Source of the DNA: Octopus vulgaris
Taxonomy: Eukaryota
Direction: 5' to 3'
Assembly: GCA_951406725.2 (NCBI GenBank)
Contig: OX597818.1
Location: 43,896,001 to 43,960,000 of the forward strand
DNA length: 64,000 nt
This document shows, one piece after another, positions 50,686-64,000 of the stretch. The position numbers were made by a program, and so were the translations under genes. The notes beneath the pieces were generated by a model. It ran no database searches. It was not told the origin of the DNA and saw only the letters and a list, made by a program, of their open reading frames with translations. Position 1 is the stretch's first letter, and every line of letters begins with the position of its first letter.

Positions 50686-50854
50686 CGTAGGAGTGGCTGT
50701 GTGGTAAGTAGCTTGTTTACGAACCACATGGTTCCAGGTTCAGTCTCACTGCATGGCACCTTGGGCAAGTGTCTTCTACTATAGCCTCAGGCCGACCAAA
50801 GCCTTGTGAGTGGATTTGGTAGACAGAAACTGAAAGAAGCCTGTAGTATATATG

Positions 50855-50888
<34 letters not shown>

Positions 50889-52329
50889 CCTGTGTTTGTC
50901 CCCGCCAACATCGCTTGACAACCGATGCTGGTGCGTTTACGTCCCCGTAACTTAGCAGTTCGGCAAAAGAGACCGATAGAATAAGTACTAGGCTTACAAA
51001 GAATAAGTCCTGGGGTTGATTTGCTCGACTAAAGGTGATGCTCCAGCATGGCCACAGTCACATTGAAACAAGTAAAAGTGTAAAAGAGAGAGTAAAAGAG
51101 ATATAAAGGATAGATCATAATATAATAAACAAATAAAAATGGGATTTATTATATAATATTACAGAAAGTATTCAAGCAAGCATCTTCTTGAATTATTTAT
51201 TCTTTACAATGTATCATCATCATCGTTTAACGTCCGTTTTCCATGCTAGCACGGGTAGTAAATTATTAATAGGAGTCCATTTGTTTCTTCAAGTATCTTT
51301 CTTTTTTATACTCTTTCCATTATCTGTAAGTTTTTGTTTAACCAACATTATCAAAAACTTTTTTGAAGAGGTTTATATCGTAGAAACATTGAACAAAGAG
51401 GAATTTGCATATTTCAATAGATTTTCCCCCAATATAACTTTTCTAATGATCCTCTGAAAACAGCCACTGCATAATTTTCAAATTAAAAGATACCAATTCA
51501 AGTAGCTGTTAGGAAGACTTGTTTCTTGGAAAATGTTTAATCAAATTATGTAGATTTTAATGGTGGAGCTCAAAGCTGATAAAGCTATAACTAATAGTGT
51601 GTTAAAAAAAACAACAACAAAAAACCCTTGGATAGAAAAAGTTAAAGACCAAATATTTTTTACATGTGATAACTCATAGCTTAATCTGTTTTGAGTTGAG
51701 TTCCACTTTTAATAATGATTTATTTCATGTCTCTCAAAATTTCTAAATTCTTATGATATAGTCTATGTGTCTGTCTGTCTATCTATCTAGCATGCATGCA
51801 CACACACAAATACATACAGAAAGAAGAAACAATGCATAATGGAGAGGATAGCCAGGTGCCCTTCCTGTTGCCAACCCGTACCTGTTTCCAAGCAAGTAAT
51901 ATTTATTCATGGGCAACTATGCTTTTGCAGGCTATTGGAAATGAATTCATTTACAACTATCATGATATGTCAAGACAAGGTTACACAACCATACGTACAT
52001 ACATAGATATATACACACACACACATATATATATATATATACACACACACACATATATATACACACACACATATCATATATGATGGGCTTCTTTTAGTTT
52101 CTATCCACCAAATCCACTTACAAAGCTTCAGTTGGCTGGGGCTTTAGTAGAAGACATTCGCCAAAGGTGACATACAGAGGGACTGAATCTGAAACCATCT
52201 GCAAACTTAACCCCACAGCCATGCAAAGATACACTCAATTTTTGTTACTAGTTATCTAAAGGAGAGGAAACCTATCAAGCTGCCATTTCTTTAAATTCCA
52301 ATCCTTTAAATTTACCTAAAGCATATATA

Positions 52330-52581
52330 TTGGGTCGGTGCATAATTATTGTGGCTTTTTTTCAACAAATTTTATTCAACAAAAACAATAACAATATTTA
52401 ACAAAAACATCTTTAAATATGACAGTCTGACCATCTGCCAAGCAAATGGGAAGCAGTAATTGAAGTAGATGGTGAATATGCTCCAGAATAATCGTTTAAA
52501 GATGTTTTTGTTACATGTTACTATTGTTTTTGTTGAATAAAAGTTGTTGAAAAAAGCCGCAATAATTGTGCACCAACCGAA
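52330..52581. mobile_element. mariner-derived MITE with long inverted arms
   Basis: TA-flanked TTGGGTCGGTGCATAATTATTGTGGC / GCCGCAATAATTGTGCACCAACCGAA with arms of about 85 bp. The core encodes HLPSKWEAVIEVDGEYAPE*, like a mariner transposase C-terminus. Confidence 0.85.
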
Positions 52582-53490
52582 TAGAAGAGGGGAAACTAGT
52601 AAACAGAGTGATTTCTGGTGTAACGTTTTGATATTTCATAACTTTGTTTAATAGAATAAGGCAGCGAGCTGGCAGAAATGTTAGCACACCGGGTGAAATG
52701 CATAGCTGTATTTCGTCTGCTGCTACGTTCTGAGTTCAAATTCCGCCGAGGTTGACTTAGCCTTTCATCCTTTCGGAGGTCGCTTAAATAAGTACCAGTT
52801 ACGCACTGGAGTCGATGTAATCAACTTAATCCCTTTGTCTGTCCTTGTTTGTCCCCTCTATATTTAGCCCCCTGTGGGCAATAAAGAAATAAGAATAAGA
52901 AATAAAATAAGACTGATTGCGAGAACCATTTGAAACCTAATATCCAAGATATGGTGAAGCCCTGAAAATGAAAGTAAATGACGAACCAGCAATCATAGAA
53001 GAATTAGTTTAGTGAAATGTATATATAGCTAGATAGGCAAGATTGAATTGCCATGAGTAAAACTTTTAATAAAAGGCAATGATTTAGGCAAACTGTATAA
53101 ACCAAGTGAGAGAGGAAAAGAAACAGAAAAAGCTTGTTACTCTTAAGCATGGAAAACAAATCAAGAAATAGTTTGTTGACAACTCGGTGTATTAATGAGA
53201 AAACTAACAGGTATGGAAACAGAAGATAAAATAATTAAAAGAGAAAGTTTTGGTGAAAGATGTGAATAGTGAGAAGGAAATAGTTTTGTAAAGTGTTTAA
53301 ATATATTTTCACTTTTCAATTAACTTCATTCAGGTCGATTACTTTATAAGTTGAAATTAAAAACTAAAAAAAAAAACTAAAAAAAAATTTAATTTCATTC
53401 AATGAAATATTTTTCTGAAACCATTGAATGGTCTTTTATTCACAGACTTATCTTACTCCAAAACAACATCAGCTAACATAGTATGCTACA

Positions 53491-53823
53491 GTTCTATATT
53501 TAAGAGATGAGGAATTATGTACATTATTTACATTTGATGGATATTTGTCCTCATCTTGCCTGTTGCTAACACAACAATTCGGCCACAGGCATATGGCGTA
53601 GTGGTTAAGAGCGCAGGCTACTAACCTCAAGATTCCGAGTTTGATTCCAGGCAGTGACCTGAATAATAATAATAACATCAAAAAATACCTTAGGAATGAG
53701 AACCCAGGTTCAAAATTTCCCCAAGACACCTGATGAAGGCTGGCTGGTATATCAGCCGAAACATACTGTTAACAACAAACAAGATGAGGACAAATATCTG
53801 TCAAATGTAAATAATGTACATAT
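53491..53823. mobile_element. Penelope-style inverted element with intact tRNA-type A/B boxes and hammerhead motif, copy 2
   Basis: Same left terminus as copy 1 (GTTCTATATTTAAGAGATGAGG). A box TGGCGTAGTGG 53594-53604, B box GAGTTTGATTCC 53637-53648, hammerhead core 53725-53770. 9-bp TSD TATGCTACA at 53482-53490 and 53824-53832. Confidence 0.8.
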
Positions 53824-55471
53824 TATGCTACACTTGTAATGTCTGATTCTTCTATTATCACAGCATTTTCCTTTTTAGTCTTTATATTGACTAATATGCA
53901 CAATCACATTGCAAATTGGGTGTCAATCTAATCAACTGGCCCCCTCCCCAAACATTTTGGGCCTAGTGCTTAGAGTAGAAAAGAATATATATGGTTGTGT
54001 GTGTATGTGTGTGTGTTTGTTTTAGAAATCTGTGTTGTTTAATTTGTCCATTTACATTCAATAAGAAGGTGGTTTGATAACTTTAAAAAAATTAGGAAAG
54101 GCTGATATGACTTGAAAGCAGTACCACTTCATGGTTACAGTCCAATTACTGAAATTAGTAAAAGAATAAAAGTCTATATGAATATCATCAACCTAAAGCA
54201 AAAACATATTACCATCCTCCTTTTAATATCCATTTCCCAAAGTTGATATGGTTTGGACAAGTTCAGCTGTATAACACGAAATAAATTTGTTATTGTGATA
54301 CTAAGTTATTGTATTTGAGGCCCAACATCTTAAGATCCATCTTTATCATTTTTTAGTCTTTTTTTTCCTGCTATAGTTATCTTTCCCTGTACATGTATAT
54401 TTATTTCTTTATTGCCCACAAGGGACTAAATATAGAGGGGACAAACAAAAACAGACAAAAGGATCAAGTCGATTATATCGACCCCAGTGCGTAACTGGTA
54501 CTTATTTAATCGACCCCCCCGAAAGGATGAAAGGTAAAGTCGACCTTGGCGGAATTTGAACTCAGAACGTAACGGCAGACGGGACTCTTTGTTAGCACCC
54601 TTGTAGTTCAGCCATAATGCAAGCTGTACATACAACAGCTCATACTCACCTCCTTTCTAGGTTCAATGCCAATGTGTCACTCCCACACAGCATTAATTTT
54701 CTACACATGCTTCTTAAAATCAACCCATGGGGGAGAGAGAGAGAGAGAGCAAGAGAGAGAGAGAGAGAGAGAGAGAGAACTTCTTTGTTGCCAAATAGTG
54801 ACAACAGTTCCTTAAATATCTCCCATTGCTATATTAGTCTCTACATCCACATTCAGTGCTAATTAGGTCACCTAGATAACAAGATAAACTCTGTTAAGAT
54901 ACCACATAGTGTCTTAGCCATTGGACAATATATGGATGTCATTTTAAGGATGTACTTACAGTTAGGTATTACTATACATCTGGTGAATTAGAGGTCTTTG
55001 TTATTTTTCAATACTTGCCAGAGATTCAACTAATTTTTGTGAATCTGTTCTTTACATGATATAAAAAGAACTGAGTTATTGTCTTGCCCACTGAGCAAAG
55101 CCAATGTTGAACTTTGGCTTTTTGACTAGAGTATTTTTTCAAGTTTAAGCTTTCTTTTTTTTCTGCTATAGTCACATCAAAGAAGGAAGGCAACATTGAG
55201 ATTGGTGTAAAGAAGATATCCTCAGGACTAGAGATCTAGCACAAATGCTTACAACAGGCGGACTCCACCAAAGGCACCCAAGAATAGGAATGGCCCCTCT
55301 CATAGGCTTCCACACAGTTTACCTCTACCAAATATAACTCACAAAAATTTGGTCAACCTGAGGCTATGACAGAAGATATTTGCGAAAGGTGTCACGCAGT
55401 AGGACCAATTCTGGGATCACTAGGTTGCAAAGCAAGCTTCTTTATTACACAGCCATATACTTATGCAGTAA

Positions 55472-55701
55472 GGCGGCGAGCTGGCAGAAACGTTAGCACG
55501 CCGGGCGAAATGCGTGGCCGTATCTCGTCTGCCGTTACGTTCTGAGTTCAAATTACGCCGAGGTCAACTTTGCCTTTCATCCTTTCGGGGTCAATAAATT
55601 AAGTACCAGTTGCGCACTGGGGTCGATGTAATCGACTTAATCCCTTTGTCTGTCCTTGTTTGTCCTCTCTGTGTTTAGCCCCTTGTGGGTAGTAAAGAAA
55701 T
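55472..55701 (+). mobile_element. SINE family B (about 230 bp, GGCGGCGAGCTGGCAGAAACG...TAAAGAAAT) with 17-bp TSD
   Basis: TSD ATATACTTATGCAGTAA at 55455-55471 and 55702-55718. Other copies at about 1721-1935, 7895-8005, 8070-8296(-), 10385-10545, 14761-14980 (TSD AGATATAC), 20789-21020, 52660-52892, 54402-54580(-), 59700-60046(-) and 61340-61530(-). Confidence 0.9.
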
Positions 55702-55829
55702 ATATACTTATGCAGTAAAATTTGTCTGTGTATAAATGTTCTTAAAGACGACCACACCTGAACTCCTGGGCCTAATGAAAACTAGAGTGAATGCTAGAGG
55801 AGTGAAGGCTCTGAACTCATTCCTCTTAT

Positions 55830-55950
55830 TGTACAATAATTCTTTACTGAAATCACTGCCAACTTGGCTAACATCACTCCTGTGCATAGCTTGAATCACC
55901 TTCACAAGCCATTCTTCTACTCTTAGTTTTCTCAGTGCTCACCAGACTGT
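55830..55950 (-). mobile_element. RTE LINE reverse transcriptase fragment
   Basis: VW*ALRKLRVEEWLVKVIQAMHRS..SQVGSDFSKE. Confidence 0.75.
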
Positions 55951-57081
55951 GAATTCTGACTGACGTATGACATGAAATGTTTTCTGACCTCGCTGTCCTT
56001 GAAGTGTAGGAAAAAAATGTTGGGAATATAAGATGTGAAACGCAGAAAATGATTTCATTCTGTTTACTAATTGTAAGTGAAAGGATCTCTTATCAGATGA
56101 ATAGCTTTTATTATAATTATTAATTTGAGTAGACACTGCATTTTGAAATATTCTATGTTGAGGAGAGGAAGTTTAAAGAGAAAGTTATGACTGAAATATT
56201 TGAGAAGCTATGCAAAGAGAGAATTTCATTACTATCATAGAAGGTTGTACTATGTGGTTAGTCGAAGAGTCTTTTGTAATATTGACAAGAAATCAAGCCA
56301 AATAGATGGATGCACGAATAGAAAAGTAAAATGTGTTTGAAGATACTAGGTTCTTTACAATAGTAAAGTATTTAAGTGTGCATTTTATCAAAAAAATATG
56401 AAAATACCGATAAATTTAATATATTTTTAATATAGTGATTGTTGGGTGTCTGCTGTCAAAATTAAATCTTGGTTCTTCAATGTTTACACCATTTTATAGA
56501 GGAAAATGTTAGGCATCTTTATGATGAAACTCTTGCTGCAATGTGAAAATGGGGGAAGTTGATGAAACACACACGTTTTGTTTTACACATTACTAACTAC
56601 CATTTAAATTGTAATTAAGATCAAATCATCATCATCATCATTTAATGTCTGCTTTCCATTCTGGCATGGGTTGGATGGTTTGACTGAAAACTGGTAAGCC
56701 AAGGAGCTGCATCAGGTTTCAATGTGATTTGGCAAGGTTTCTATGGTTGGATGCTCTTCCTAACATCAACCCCTCCAAGAGTGTAGTGGGTGCTTTTTAT
56801 GTGCCACTGATGTGACACCGGCATCAGCCACAACTATAATTTCATTTGGCTTGATAGGTCTTCTCAAGCACAGCATATCACCAAAGGTTTTGGTTGCTTG
56901 TCACTGCCTCTGGTGGCATGTAAAAAGCAGCATTTGAGCATTGGGCTTCACAAACAGCAGTTAGTCTTATTCATTAGGATAATTGTGTAAGTATCAAGAC
57001 AACTGCTTCCTCTCCTTACTGATAAATTTCTTGGACAATAACACTTCCATAGGGCAACATCCTGCTTTCTGGATAACTGCT

Positions 57082-57770
57082 CGTCATCATCATCATCGTT
57101 TAACATCTGCTTTCCATGCTGGCATGGGTCTGATGGTTTGATTGAGGACTGGCAAGCCAGGAGGCTGCACCAGGCTCCAATCTGATCAGGCAAGGTTTCT
57201 ACAGCTGGATGCCCTTCCTAACGCCAACCACTCCGAGAGTATAGTGGGTACTTTTTACATGCCATTGGCATGGGAGCCAGTCAAGCAGCACTAGCATTGG
57301 CTACAACTATGATTTCACTTGGCTCAACAGGTCTTCTCAAGTACAGCATATTGCTCAACAATTGAAGGAGTACTTATAAATGAACCAGTTATGTGACACT
57401 GGCATCAGCCATGGCTACGATCTCACTTGGCTTGCTAGGTCTTCTCAAGCACAGCATATCTCCAAAAGGTCTCAGTTGCTTGCCGTTGTCTCTGTGGGGC
57501 CCAACGTTCAAAGGTCATGCTTCACCACCTCATCCCATGTCTTCCTGGGTCTACCTCTTTCACAAGTTCCCTCCACTGTTAGGGTATGACACTTCTCCAC
57601 ACAGCTATCCTCATTCATACGCAACACATGACCATACCAGTACAGTCATCTTTCTTGCACACCACATCTGTTGCTTCTTATGTTCAACTTTTCTCTCAGG
57701 GTGCTGACACTGTCATGTATGCACACTAATATTACACATCCAGTGGAGCACACTAGCTTCATTTCTTTCG
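57082..57770 (-). mobile_element. RTE LINE 3' end with (GAT)n tail; partial sister copy at about 56626-56940
   Basis: RCGVQER*LYWYGHVLRMNEDSCVEKCHTLTVEGTCERGRPRKTWDEVVKHDL followed by the 3' sequence shared with many short (GAT)n-tailed copies in the window. Confidence 0.85.
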
Positions 57771-60046
57771 GCAGTTTCACTGAATGTAATTATTAATTAT
57801 TGTATTTGAATACAGTTCACAATTTGCAATTTTAATGGTATAATGATAGTGATATATGAATATAAAATATTATTGGATAATTTTTTTACATAAAAGATAA
57901 AAATAAAATCATCAGAACTAGTAGAATTTAGCCGCACTCTCTTAATTGTGCTTTTTAATTTTCTCTTAATTGGGGAAATTGTTCAGGGAGCAATTGTCAA
58001 AAGGAAATTATCCAGAGGCTAGTTGTTCTAAAAACCAAGTGGATATTTGTTGAACTTCAATATAATACTGGTAATTATTTCTGTCACAATCAAAACAACA
58101 AAAGAATTAGCTGAAGACAATCTGATAATTGATTTAAGCTAAAAAAGGAAACTGGCACACACAAAAGGCTGAGACATGACTGAGTATAAACAAATTAATT
58201 TCACTTATAGCAGTTGGGAAAGACATTTTGCAGGAGGATTTCAATGGTATAAAAGAATTTTAAGAATCTAAGCGATTGGCTTTAATATGTAGAATGAAAA
58301 CAATTATGAATAAGTGGGAAAGTAAATCAAGAGTATTTAGTAAGACAATAGCTAGCTGAAAACATTAAGTGGTCATTCTCATAGAAAAGGTCTGCTGCCA
58401 TACCACTGGCATGAACCCCACCTCTAACACTGACATCACTATAATTTCTTTTCACCCACCTTCCTGGTTATGCTTTAACATTAAGTACCCTCTTCAGACA
58501 CAAGTGGCAACATAACCTCTAATTATAAAGCAGCTTTTTTTTTTAACAGATACGGCAGTATATACATACAGCTGCACAAGTTCCTCTTATGATGCTAAGA
58601 TTTCTCCTAGGTCAGTAAAATCTTAATATCACATGTATGGATAAAGCAGGCAGATAGCTTAAGTAATTGACATTAAAGATTTTGCTGAAGAATCACTTAA
58701 CTTGCTCCTTGGTGGCACAACATTTAGCTAATTTAAGAAAACAAAAAGGCTCCAGCTTCAGTTGGGTGATCTTATCACCCAACTGTTCATACTGCTTTTT
58801 ACTTTATCTCATGTAATCATCAACCAGTTGTTCAGGGCCTCCTTTTTGTGTTAATTTGGTAGAAGAATAAATTAAGCCAAATACAAGATGTAACATATTT
58901 TGCTTGACTTGTGCTTAATTTATTTTTTTGATTTAGGTGCAGGCATTGCTGTGTGGTAAGAGACTCGCTTCCCAACCACAGGCTTCCAGATTCAGTCCCA
59001 CTAAGTGGCACTTTGGGCAAGTATCTTCAACTATAGCCTCAGATCGACCAAAGCCTTGAGAGTGGATCTGGCAGACTGAAACTGAAAAAAGCCCATCATG
59101 TATATATATGTGTGTCCATGTTTGTCCCCCACCACTACTTGACAACAGGTGTTGATGTGTTTACACCCCCATAGCTTAGTAGTTCAGCAAAAAGAGGCCA
59201 ATATAATAAGTACTGGGGGGTATATAATTTAATTAAAAAATTCTGCAAGGTAGTGCCCTAGCATGGCTGCAGTCTAATGACTGAAACAAGTCAGTTTTGC
59301 ATTTCATGCTTCCAGGATTTGAACTCAGAATGTAAAAAGTCAGAACAAATACTGCAGAGCATTTTATCTGGCTCTCTAGTAATTCTGCCATTCAACAGTC
59401 CTAGTAATAAAAATTTTCCTCTCTATGTAAGGAAATTGGAACTAACTGTAGTCAAATAAGAGATACAGACAAAACAACTGCAAAATTTTCAAATAAAGCA
59501 AAAATAAAAACAAAGGTGAAATCAATATGGAAGTCTAAAATATACAGATGAACAAAATGTAGGGAAAAAACACTCCATGGCCATTATCCTGTAAGGCTTG
59601 ACAGAAAGGAAGTTAGCCAGAATGAAAACCAACAAAGGCTCAAAAACTCAGGGTTACAGGCAGAAATAGGTGTGATTCTCATGTCACAAAACCAATTCTT
59701 ATTTCTTAATTGCCCACAAGAGGGGACAAACAAAAACAAAAGGATTAAGTCGGGCGTTAGGAAGGGCATCCAGCCGTAGAAACACTGCCAGATTTGACTG
59801 GGCCTGATGAAGCCTTCTGGCTTCACAGACCCCAGCAGAACCGTCCAACCCATGCTAGCATGGAAAACGGACGCTAAATGATGATGATGATGATGATGAT
59901 ATCGACCCCAGCATGTAACTGGTACTTAATTTATCGACCCCAAAAGGATGAAAGGCAAATTCGGCCTCAGTGGAATTTGAACTCGGAACGTAATGGCAGA
60001 CGAAATACTGCTAAGCATTTCGTCCGCTGTGCTAACGTTTCTGCCA

Positions 60047-60930
60047 GAACCAATTCTGTGCCATAAACTACTACAAAAATGAAATAGAGAAAAGAGGGTG
60101 TTAACAACAAATGCAGATTATGCAATCAGTACAATGAAACAAGTTGACCACAATCGTTTCTGACTGACCAGTCCTTGCTATGTCCAAGTAATTACACAGA
60201 CAGGTTGGCAGCTATGGCTATTAGAGTAACATTTAGAGATGAAAGTAGACAAGAAGTAGTATAAACATGCACCAAACATATATTACAATGACTTGGCCAC
60301 AAGCAACTGTGACATCTTTATCCAAGTTAAGAATGAAATCAAGGCGAACTATCCAGATATAATAATCAAGGATTGGAATGAAAATACCTGCGTGTTGATA
60401 TACACTGTGGTACCTTATGTTTTTGTTTTTGTTTGTTCCTTCACGAGCCATGCCTGGCTCATAAGGGCCGGTTTCCCGGTTTCTTGGCATATAGGTTCCC
60501 CACCTGGATGGGACGCTGGTCCGTCGCAGGTGAGCTGCAAGATGCAGGAGGAAAGAGTGAGAGAAAGTTGTGGCGAAAGAGTCAGCAGAAGTTTCGCCAT
60601 TACCTTCTGTCGGAGCCGTGTGGAGCTTAGGTGTTTCGCTCATAAACACACACATCGTCCGGTCTGAGATTCGAACCCGCGATGCCTCGACCGCGAGTCC
60701 GCTGCTCTAACCAACTAGGCCATGTGCCTCTGTGGTACCTTATGACTAAAACATTGCTCAAAAAGAAGTGAGAGACTATCAAAATGCAAGGTACTTGAAA
60801 CTGAGATAATTAGCATAAGGGACATGAAAGCCAAAACAGTACCAGCCATACTGAAATTCACAATGTTACACACAATCCCGAAATAGCTCTTTTAGGCACA
60901 TCCTACACAAGTCACTTTAAATTCAGTAGC
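60047..60930 (+). mobile_element. R4/Dong-like non-LTR relic (CCHC knuckle plus restriction-like endonuclease), split by a SINE
   Basis: NKCRLCNQYNET..DH, EIKANYPDIIIKDWNENTCVLI..VVP, NIAQKE and MKAKTVP; frameshifted. Confidence 0.8.
60420..60729 (-). mobile_element. tRNA-derived SINE with 15-bp TSD, CpG-rich and probably young
   Basis: TSD CTGTGGTACCTTATG at 60405-60419 and 60730-60744. Minus-strand A box TGGCCTAGTTGG and B box GGTTCGAATCT. Confidence 0.9.
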
Positions 60931-62274
60931 ACAACTCATACTCTATATAATAACCAACCAATACAATGTAACAATTCACACCCTTACATAACTGATACGT
61001 GACACTATAACACCAACAACTCATGCAGCTTACATTCTGCACAGCTGCCATGCATTAATGTTACAGAAACTACACAAACATTGGCTGACAGTGCAACACA
61101 TAACACTTATCATACAACACTTACAAAATACAGTTACCATCTAAAGAAAATAACACACTTCGCATGGCACATACTCTGTACAACAGAAGATATACACCTA
61201 AGGAACATAGATGTGCATCTCGTGTTGCAGCAGAAACTTGCATAAAACTGTTGAAAATATAATAATAAATAACACTAATTTCTTTATCACCAAGGGTCCA
61301 TTCATACATATAATAAGTGAAAAAAAAATGTAAACATAATAATTCTTTTCACTATTGGCACAAGACCTGAAATTTTGGGGGAGGGAGCTAGTCAATTTCA
61401 TTGACCCTAGTCCTCAACTGGTACTTATTTTACCGACACTGAAAGGATGAAAGGCAAAGTCAGCCTCAGAGGAATTTGAACTCAGAATGTAAAGATGAGT
61501 GAAATGCCACTGAGCATTTTGTCCAGCATACTATATATCCATTGACCAAAATCATCCAATATATTATATATTTCAAATGTGAAGAATTTCCTCTTCATAT
61601 ATCATAAAATCTTAGTTTCTGTTGACCAATATCTAAACAAGACTAATAAAAAACAAGTACTAATACTAATTAATTTATTATCATTGATCAAATGATAATT
61701 AAAACATAGATAATTCAAATAAATAAATTATATATGAGTAAAACTGTATTCTTATATGCTCAATAAAGTTGGCTACAAGCAGACAGCCAAAGGTTGTTTT
61801 TAGGTGTGGCAGCTATTAATTTTATATTACTGACATTTGAGGGGTGTTTTCAACGGGATTTAAACTAAAGAACTATAAATGTAACATTTTAAAATTGAAT
61901 GTAATATTTTTTATAAATCAGTCAAAGGAAGAGCAGTGAATATGACCTTTACAGCCCACTCTCATTGGTGAGTTTTATGTAGTTGATGTATAATTTGAGT
62001 GTCTGTACTCTAATATCTGCAGGGGATAAAAAAGGAACATGGATATGGAGGGAGTTTTAAAAAGCTGGTGTTTAGCACAGGATCCCAGAAGGCAATATAT
62101 AGTAGGAGTGTTGAGAAGAAGCACAGGTGTATCAGGTGGGTCTAATTAGAAGTGGCATGCAACTATTTCAGAAAAGCAGAAGCCATTGAAGCAGAAGTGG
62201 CAGATAGATAAAGAGATAGATAAGTAGAAAGATAGAGATAGAAAGACTGATAGAAAGAACGATGGATAGAAAGA

Positions 62275-62390
<116 letters not shown>

Positions 62391-64000
62391 AGTAAGTCAG
62401 TGAGTTGGTGTTGAAGCATCAGCATCAGGGCCTATATTTTGGATGTGGTTATAAACATGTGTATATAAAAGCAGCACAAACCCAGATATGTGAGCACTCC
62501 TCCAATGTAGATCTCACAGGAGCTAGTTTGTTAAAATACCTATTAACCCTAAAGAAGTGGAAACATATACAAGACAAAGTAACTAAGTACATATCTTAAA
62601 ATTTTACAACTAACAGGTATACCTAGAAAATGCTGACATTTTGTAGCATGCTTTTTCTGTATATTAGAAAGGTATTTTGAATTACATGCACTTCAAATAT
62701 TCCTGAAATCTCTTCTTGAATCTGTAGGGTATCTTTGACTGATACTACCAGTTTATTTTGATTCAGTTGAAGGCCTACAGTCAGGCCACCCAGTTATCTT
62801 TTTAAAATAATTTATATTAGCGACCGCTAGGCAGAATTCCAAATTATCTTTCGAGGTTGACATTTCCTGTTATCTTATGTGCAGGTGCACAATCTCTGGT
62901 ATTCTGAAAGCAAACTTTATTTTACTTCGTAAACTGCTCCAAAAATATGGTTCTGTTGATAAAATTTGGGGAAAATGTACATTCAAGCAATCCCAAATAT
63001 CTTTAAGAAATCTGCTGCTAACCAGGTCAAATATTCAGCTTATTCAAATCTTTTCGCAATATTGTAATACTCCCATTGTCATTCAGTCTAGAATATATTA
63101 CAGTCAAAGCAAAAAGATTGCAAATGTTTGAAATTAATGATGACATGTCATTTACATAAACCATGAATAAGATAGGCTGCAAATAAAACTAGTGATCCCT
63201 AGAGTATGCTCATTCTTATTTCCACCCATGATAAACATCTGCTGTCAACTCTAGCATTTTGCATTGTTGCAACAAAAATGTTACTGACCCATTTATGAAT
63301 GTTCTCTTGTACTTCTAAACTCTAAAACTTTGATAAATATTTCTGTGAAAAAGTAAGCTTTTTTAATCAACCATATATACAAAATTTTTCTTGAATTGTA
63401 CAGATTTTGAAACAAACTTTGTATGAAGTATTAAATCTAGCACTTCAATATGATTATAACTAGTCAGTCTGCTTAAATTTGTTCTATTTAAAGACACAAA
63501 GAGATTTCGGTTAAAGTTTTTATCAGTCTAAAGCTGCAGATGTTGATTGAAAGGTATGATGGCCAAAAGATGCTTACTGAGCCAAAGGTCATCAGCTCTA
63601 ACATATTGTTCTCTTTTACTTGTTTCAGTCATTTGACTGTGGCCATACTGGAGTACCACCTTTAGTCGAGCAAATAAACCCCAGGACTTATTCTTTGGAA
63701 GCCTAGTACTTATTCTATCGGCCTCTTTTGCTGAACTGCTAAGTTACGGGAATGTAAACACACCAGCATCGGTTGTCAAGTGATGTTGGGGGTACAAACA
63801 CAAAAACACACACACATACATATATGACGGGCTTCTTTCAGTTTCCAAATCCACTCACAAGGCTTTGGTCGGCCCAAGGCTATAGTAGAAGACACTTGCC
63901 CAAGGTGCCATGCAGTGGGAATGAACCCGGAACCATGTGGTTGGTAAGCAAGCTACTTGCCACACAGCCACTCCTGTGCTTATAATCACAATACTATACT

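Noticed and set aside
53585-53655. Possible tRNA gene
   Set aside because: A and B boxes are present, but I see no convincing acceptor stem or oligo-T terminator, and it is embedded in a repeated TSD-flanked element. It is a tRNA-derived head.
63215-63250. Minus-strand VYHGW, resembling MINDY LYHGW
   Set aside because: Followed immediately by K-stop, with no flanking similarity or splice sites.

Overview
AT-rich eukaryotic DNA dense in SINEs and microsatellites. The SINE families look like those of octopod cephalopods (inferred from recall, not from a search). Almost all entries in the ORF track are spurious translations of repeats; the real coding content is two spliced genes. (1) Minus strand: the last four coding exons of a MINDY1/2-family (FAM63) deubiquitinase (17605-17403, 6547-6401, 3314-3143, 1375-1361), carrying the LLVTDQGF motif, two MIU-like motifs and a C-terminal CaaX box (CTIL). 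I found no upstream MINDY exon, so that intron appears to be at least 46 kb. (2) Plus strand, nested antisense in that intron: a complete 4-exon gene (18159-18210, 30493-30619, 41628-41752, 45486-45637) for a 151-aa protein with a signal peptide, a six-cysteine domain with RGM-N/neuritin-like spacing and a hydrophobic C-terminal anchor. The window also holds two TSD-flanked, Penelope-style inverted elements that combine a tRNA-type Pol III head with a minimal hammerhead ribozyme, a tandem pair of candidate recursive splice sites, a duplicated 3'UTR block, and many TE relics (RTE, CR1-like, R4-like, mariner, Helitron, several MITEs).
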